Shown piece by piece: positions 62,307 to 64,000 of a DNA stretch of 64,000 nucleotides. Made by a program: the position numbers and the translations under genes. Numbering within the stretch: the stretch's first letter is position 1; each line of letters begins with the position of its first letter. This DNA is from an uncultured Pelagibacteraceae bacterium (lineage in GTDB: Bacteria > Pseudomonadota > Alphaproteobacteria > Pelagibacterales > Pelagibacteraceae). The DNA lies in assembly GCA_902524545.1 (NCBI GenBank), contig CABZDW010000004.1, forward strand, positions 6,988-70,987, given 5' to 3'. The notes below the pieces were generated by a model that was not told the origin of the DNA, ran no database searches, and saw only the letters and a program-made list of their open reading frames with translations.

Positions 62307-63388
62307 TTTTTTTCAATGTAAACAGAAGAACTTGGAAATGCAAAGGATGCTTTATTTTTTTCTACAATATTTTTAATTTCAATCGCCAATCTTTCTTTTA
62401 CTGACAGCCACTCACTCCAACTATTTGATTTTGTAAAACAACGTACATACATATCAATTGAACTATCCGAAAATTTATCCACCCTTACTGCTACACCAAC
62501 TTTAGTGTCGTAATCTTCACTACTGTTAATATAAGCCTCAATTTCATCTCTAATAGTTTTTAATTGATCAACAGTTGAGTCGTATTGGAGAGTTATAATC
62601 CAACTGATTGCCCAATTATTTTTTGCACTGTTGTTTATGACAGCATTTTCTGCAAATTGAAAATTGGGAATAATTGCAAGAGATTTATCAAACTTTCTTA
62701 TTGTCGTTGATCTAAATCCAATTTTTTCGACTATGCCTTCAATAATTCCTTCTACTTGTATCCAGTCTCCAATTTTAAATCTTTTTTCTACCAAAACCAA
62801 AATTCCTGATATTAAATTTTTGAACAAATCTTGTGCACCTAGAGCTACAGCAACACCAAATAAACCTAGCCCTGCAATAATTGGCCCAATTTTTATTCCC
62901 CATAACTCAAGAACTGCGGCTAAACCCAATATAAAAATTAATATTTTTAATGATTTAATTATCCATCCGATTAGCTCTCTTGTTAGAAGTTTATCTAACC
63001 CACTTAATATATAAGACACTGGTTCAATTACTTGATGAATAACCCAAAATATTAATATGGTTATCAATGTTCTGTTAATAGTGTCTACAACGTCTCTACC
63101 TTCAGAAGTAAAGGTCATGTAATAGCTTGCTATAAAAAAACCAAGAACAATCGGTAAGAATCTTGCAGGACCCTCTAAAGATCGAACAAAAGTATCATCT
63201 AATTTATTCGTAGTTTTCTTTGATATAATTTCTAATTTTTTAATAACTATTTTACTTATCAATCCTCTGAAAATCAGAAATACTAGAAATATAAGAATAC
63301 CAATTAATATTTGAAAAATATCTACTCCAAGAATTCCTCTGCTCCAAACAGATAAGAATATTTCAGAAAAATTATTTATTATTTCCAT
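62303..63388 (-). CDS. Small-conductance mechanosensitive channel family protein
   Basis: AGLGLFGVAVALGAQD, FKIGDWI, GIVEKIGFRST, IPN, FAFPS. Confidence 0.92.
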   Translation of the reverse strand: MEIINNFSEIFLSVWSRGILGVDIFQILIGILIFLVFLIFRGLISKIVIKKLEIISKKTTNKLDDTFVRSLEGPARFLPIVLGFFIASYYMTFTSEGRDVVDTINRTLITILIFWVIHQVIEPVSYILSGLDKLLTRELIGWIIKSLKILIFILGLAAVLELWGIKIGPIIAGLGLFGVAVALGAQDLFKNLISGILVLVEKRFKIGDWIQVEGIIEGIVEKIGFRSTTIRKFDKSLAIIPNFQFAENAVINNSAKNNWAISWIITLQYDSTVDQLKTIRDEIEAYINSSEDYDTKVGVAVRVDKFSDSSIDMYVRCFTKSNSWSEWLSVKERLAIEIKNIVEKNKASFAFPSSSVYIEKK

Positions 63389-63390
63389 TA

Positions 63391-64000
63391 TTAAATTTTA
63401 TATAACAAAAATTCCTCTTCTCCAGGATTAAAAAGAAATATCTTTTTCCATTTAATTTCATTCAGTATTGACGAGGCTTTTTCGCCAATACACATTAAAT
63501 TCGTGTCCATACAAAGAGCTTCTAATTGATGAGATTTGATAAAATTTAAAAAACTATTTGCGCTGTTTTCAGAATAAATATAAACGAGGTTTGGCATATT
63601 TTTTTTTAATTCATTTACAAATTTTGCATCAAAATTTTTATTATGATTAACTCTATAATTTATAATTCTTTTTATTTTATAGCCCTCACTTAATAGTTGT
63701 TGATCTAGATTAACTGATATTTTTTCTCCACTAACATAAAGAAGCTGTCCAGTTGATGAATTATAATTTTGGATAATCAACTCTCTTAAATTTGAGACAT
63801 TTCCCCCTGCTGCAAATGTATTTTGAAAACCTAAACTCCTAGCTTTTTTTTCAGTAACTTCCCCAACGCAGAAACACTTAATTGACTTATTAATATCGGT
63901 GAGATTTAAAAACTTTACAGCATTAGCGCTAGTAAAGATTATCCCATTAAAATCTGTAAAGTCAATTTCATCATAAATTAGTTTTTCTACGTTTAATAAT
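63391..64000 (-). CDS. hemD: Uroporphyrinogen-III synthase (3' part; start outside the window)
   Basis: Frame stays open beyond the 129-aa track ORF: IIFTSANAV, CVGEVT...LGF, then YS.NSA and CIGEK. Confidence 0.85.
   Translation of the reverse strand, partial: LLNVEKLIYDEIDFTDFNGIIFTSANAVKFLNLTDINKSIKCFCVGEVTEKKARSLGFQNTFAAGGNVSNLRELIIQNYNSSTGQLLYVSGEKISVNLDQQLLSEGYKIKRIINYRVNHNKNFDAKFVNELKKNMPNLVYIYSENSANSFLNFIKSHQLEALCMDTNLMCIGEKASSILNEIKWKKIFLFNPGEEEFLLYKI

Overview
Very AT-rich, gene-dense window with tiny intergenic spacers. Gene content and order (sdhCDAB-mmsA-mdh-sucCDAB-lpdA, dmdC-dmdB-hydrolase-dmdA, ffh leader RNA) fit a streamlined marine alphaproteobacterium of the SAR11/Pelagibacter type (inference). 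About 1-49.9 kb is mostly core genome: TCA operon, asd, DMSP demethylation genes, leuCDB, ffh-rpsP-trmD-rplS, dapF-ftsY, a 2-hydroxy/2-oxo-acid cluster with a TRAP transporter and amidase, pagL, ccmCDEFGH, hspQ and argG. About 49.9-60.6 kb is an accessory light/UV-stress block with two atypical photolyases, an unannotated ArfA-like peptide, DUF2256, fasciclin, CRTAC1-like and Cys-rich secreted proteins. folD, yggT, mscS and a partial hemD close the window. The most striking unexplained element is a ~70-nt intergenic hairpin between hspQ and ccmC (44877-44947, minus strand). It has a 16-bp stem, a 29-nt C/U-rich loop, a candidate promoter and a U-tail, and its loop is complementary to the SD+AUG of the TRAP solute-binding gene, so it is a candidate anti-RBS small RNA. 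Three small CDSs missing from the ORF track were translated by hand, and a probable CTG start was found. No rRNA, tRNA, CRISPR array, integrase or transposase was seen. All family assignments come from motif recognition, not database searches.
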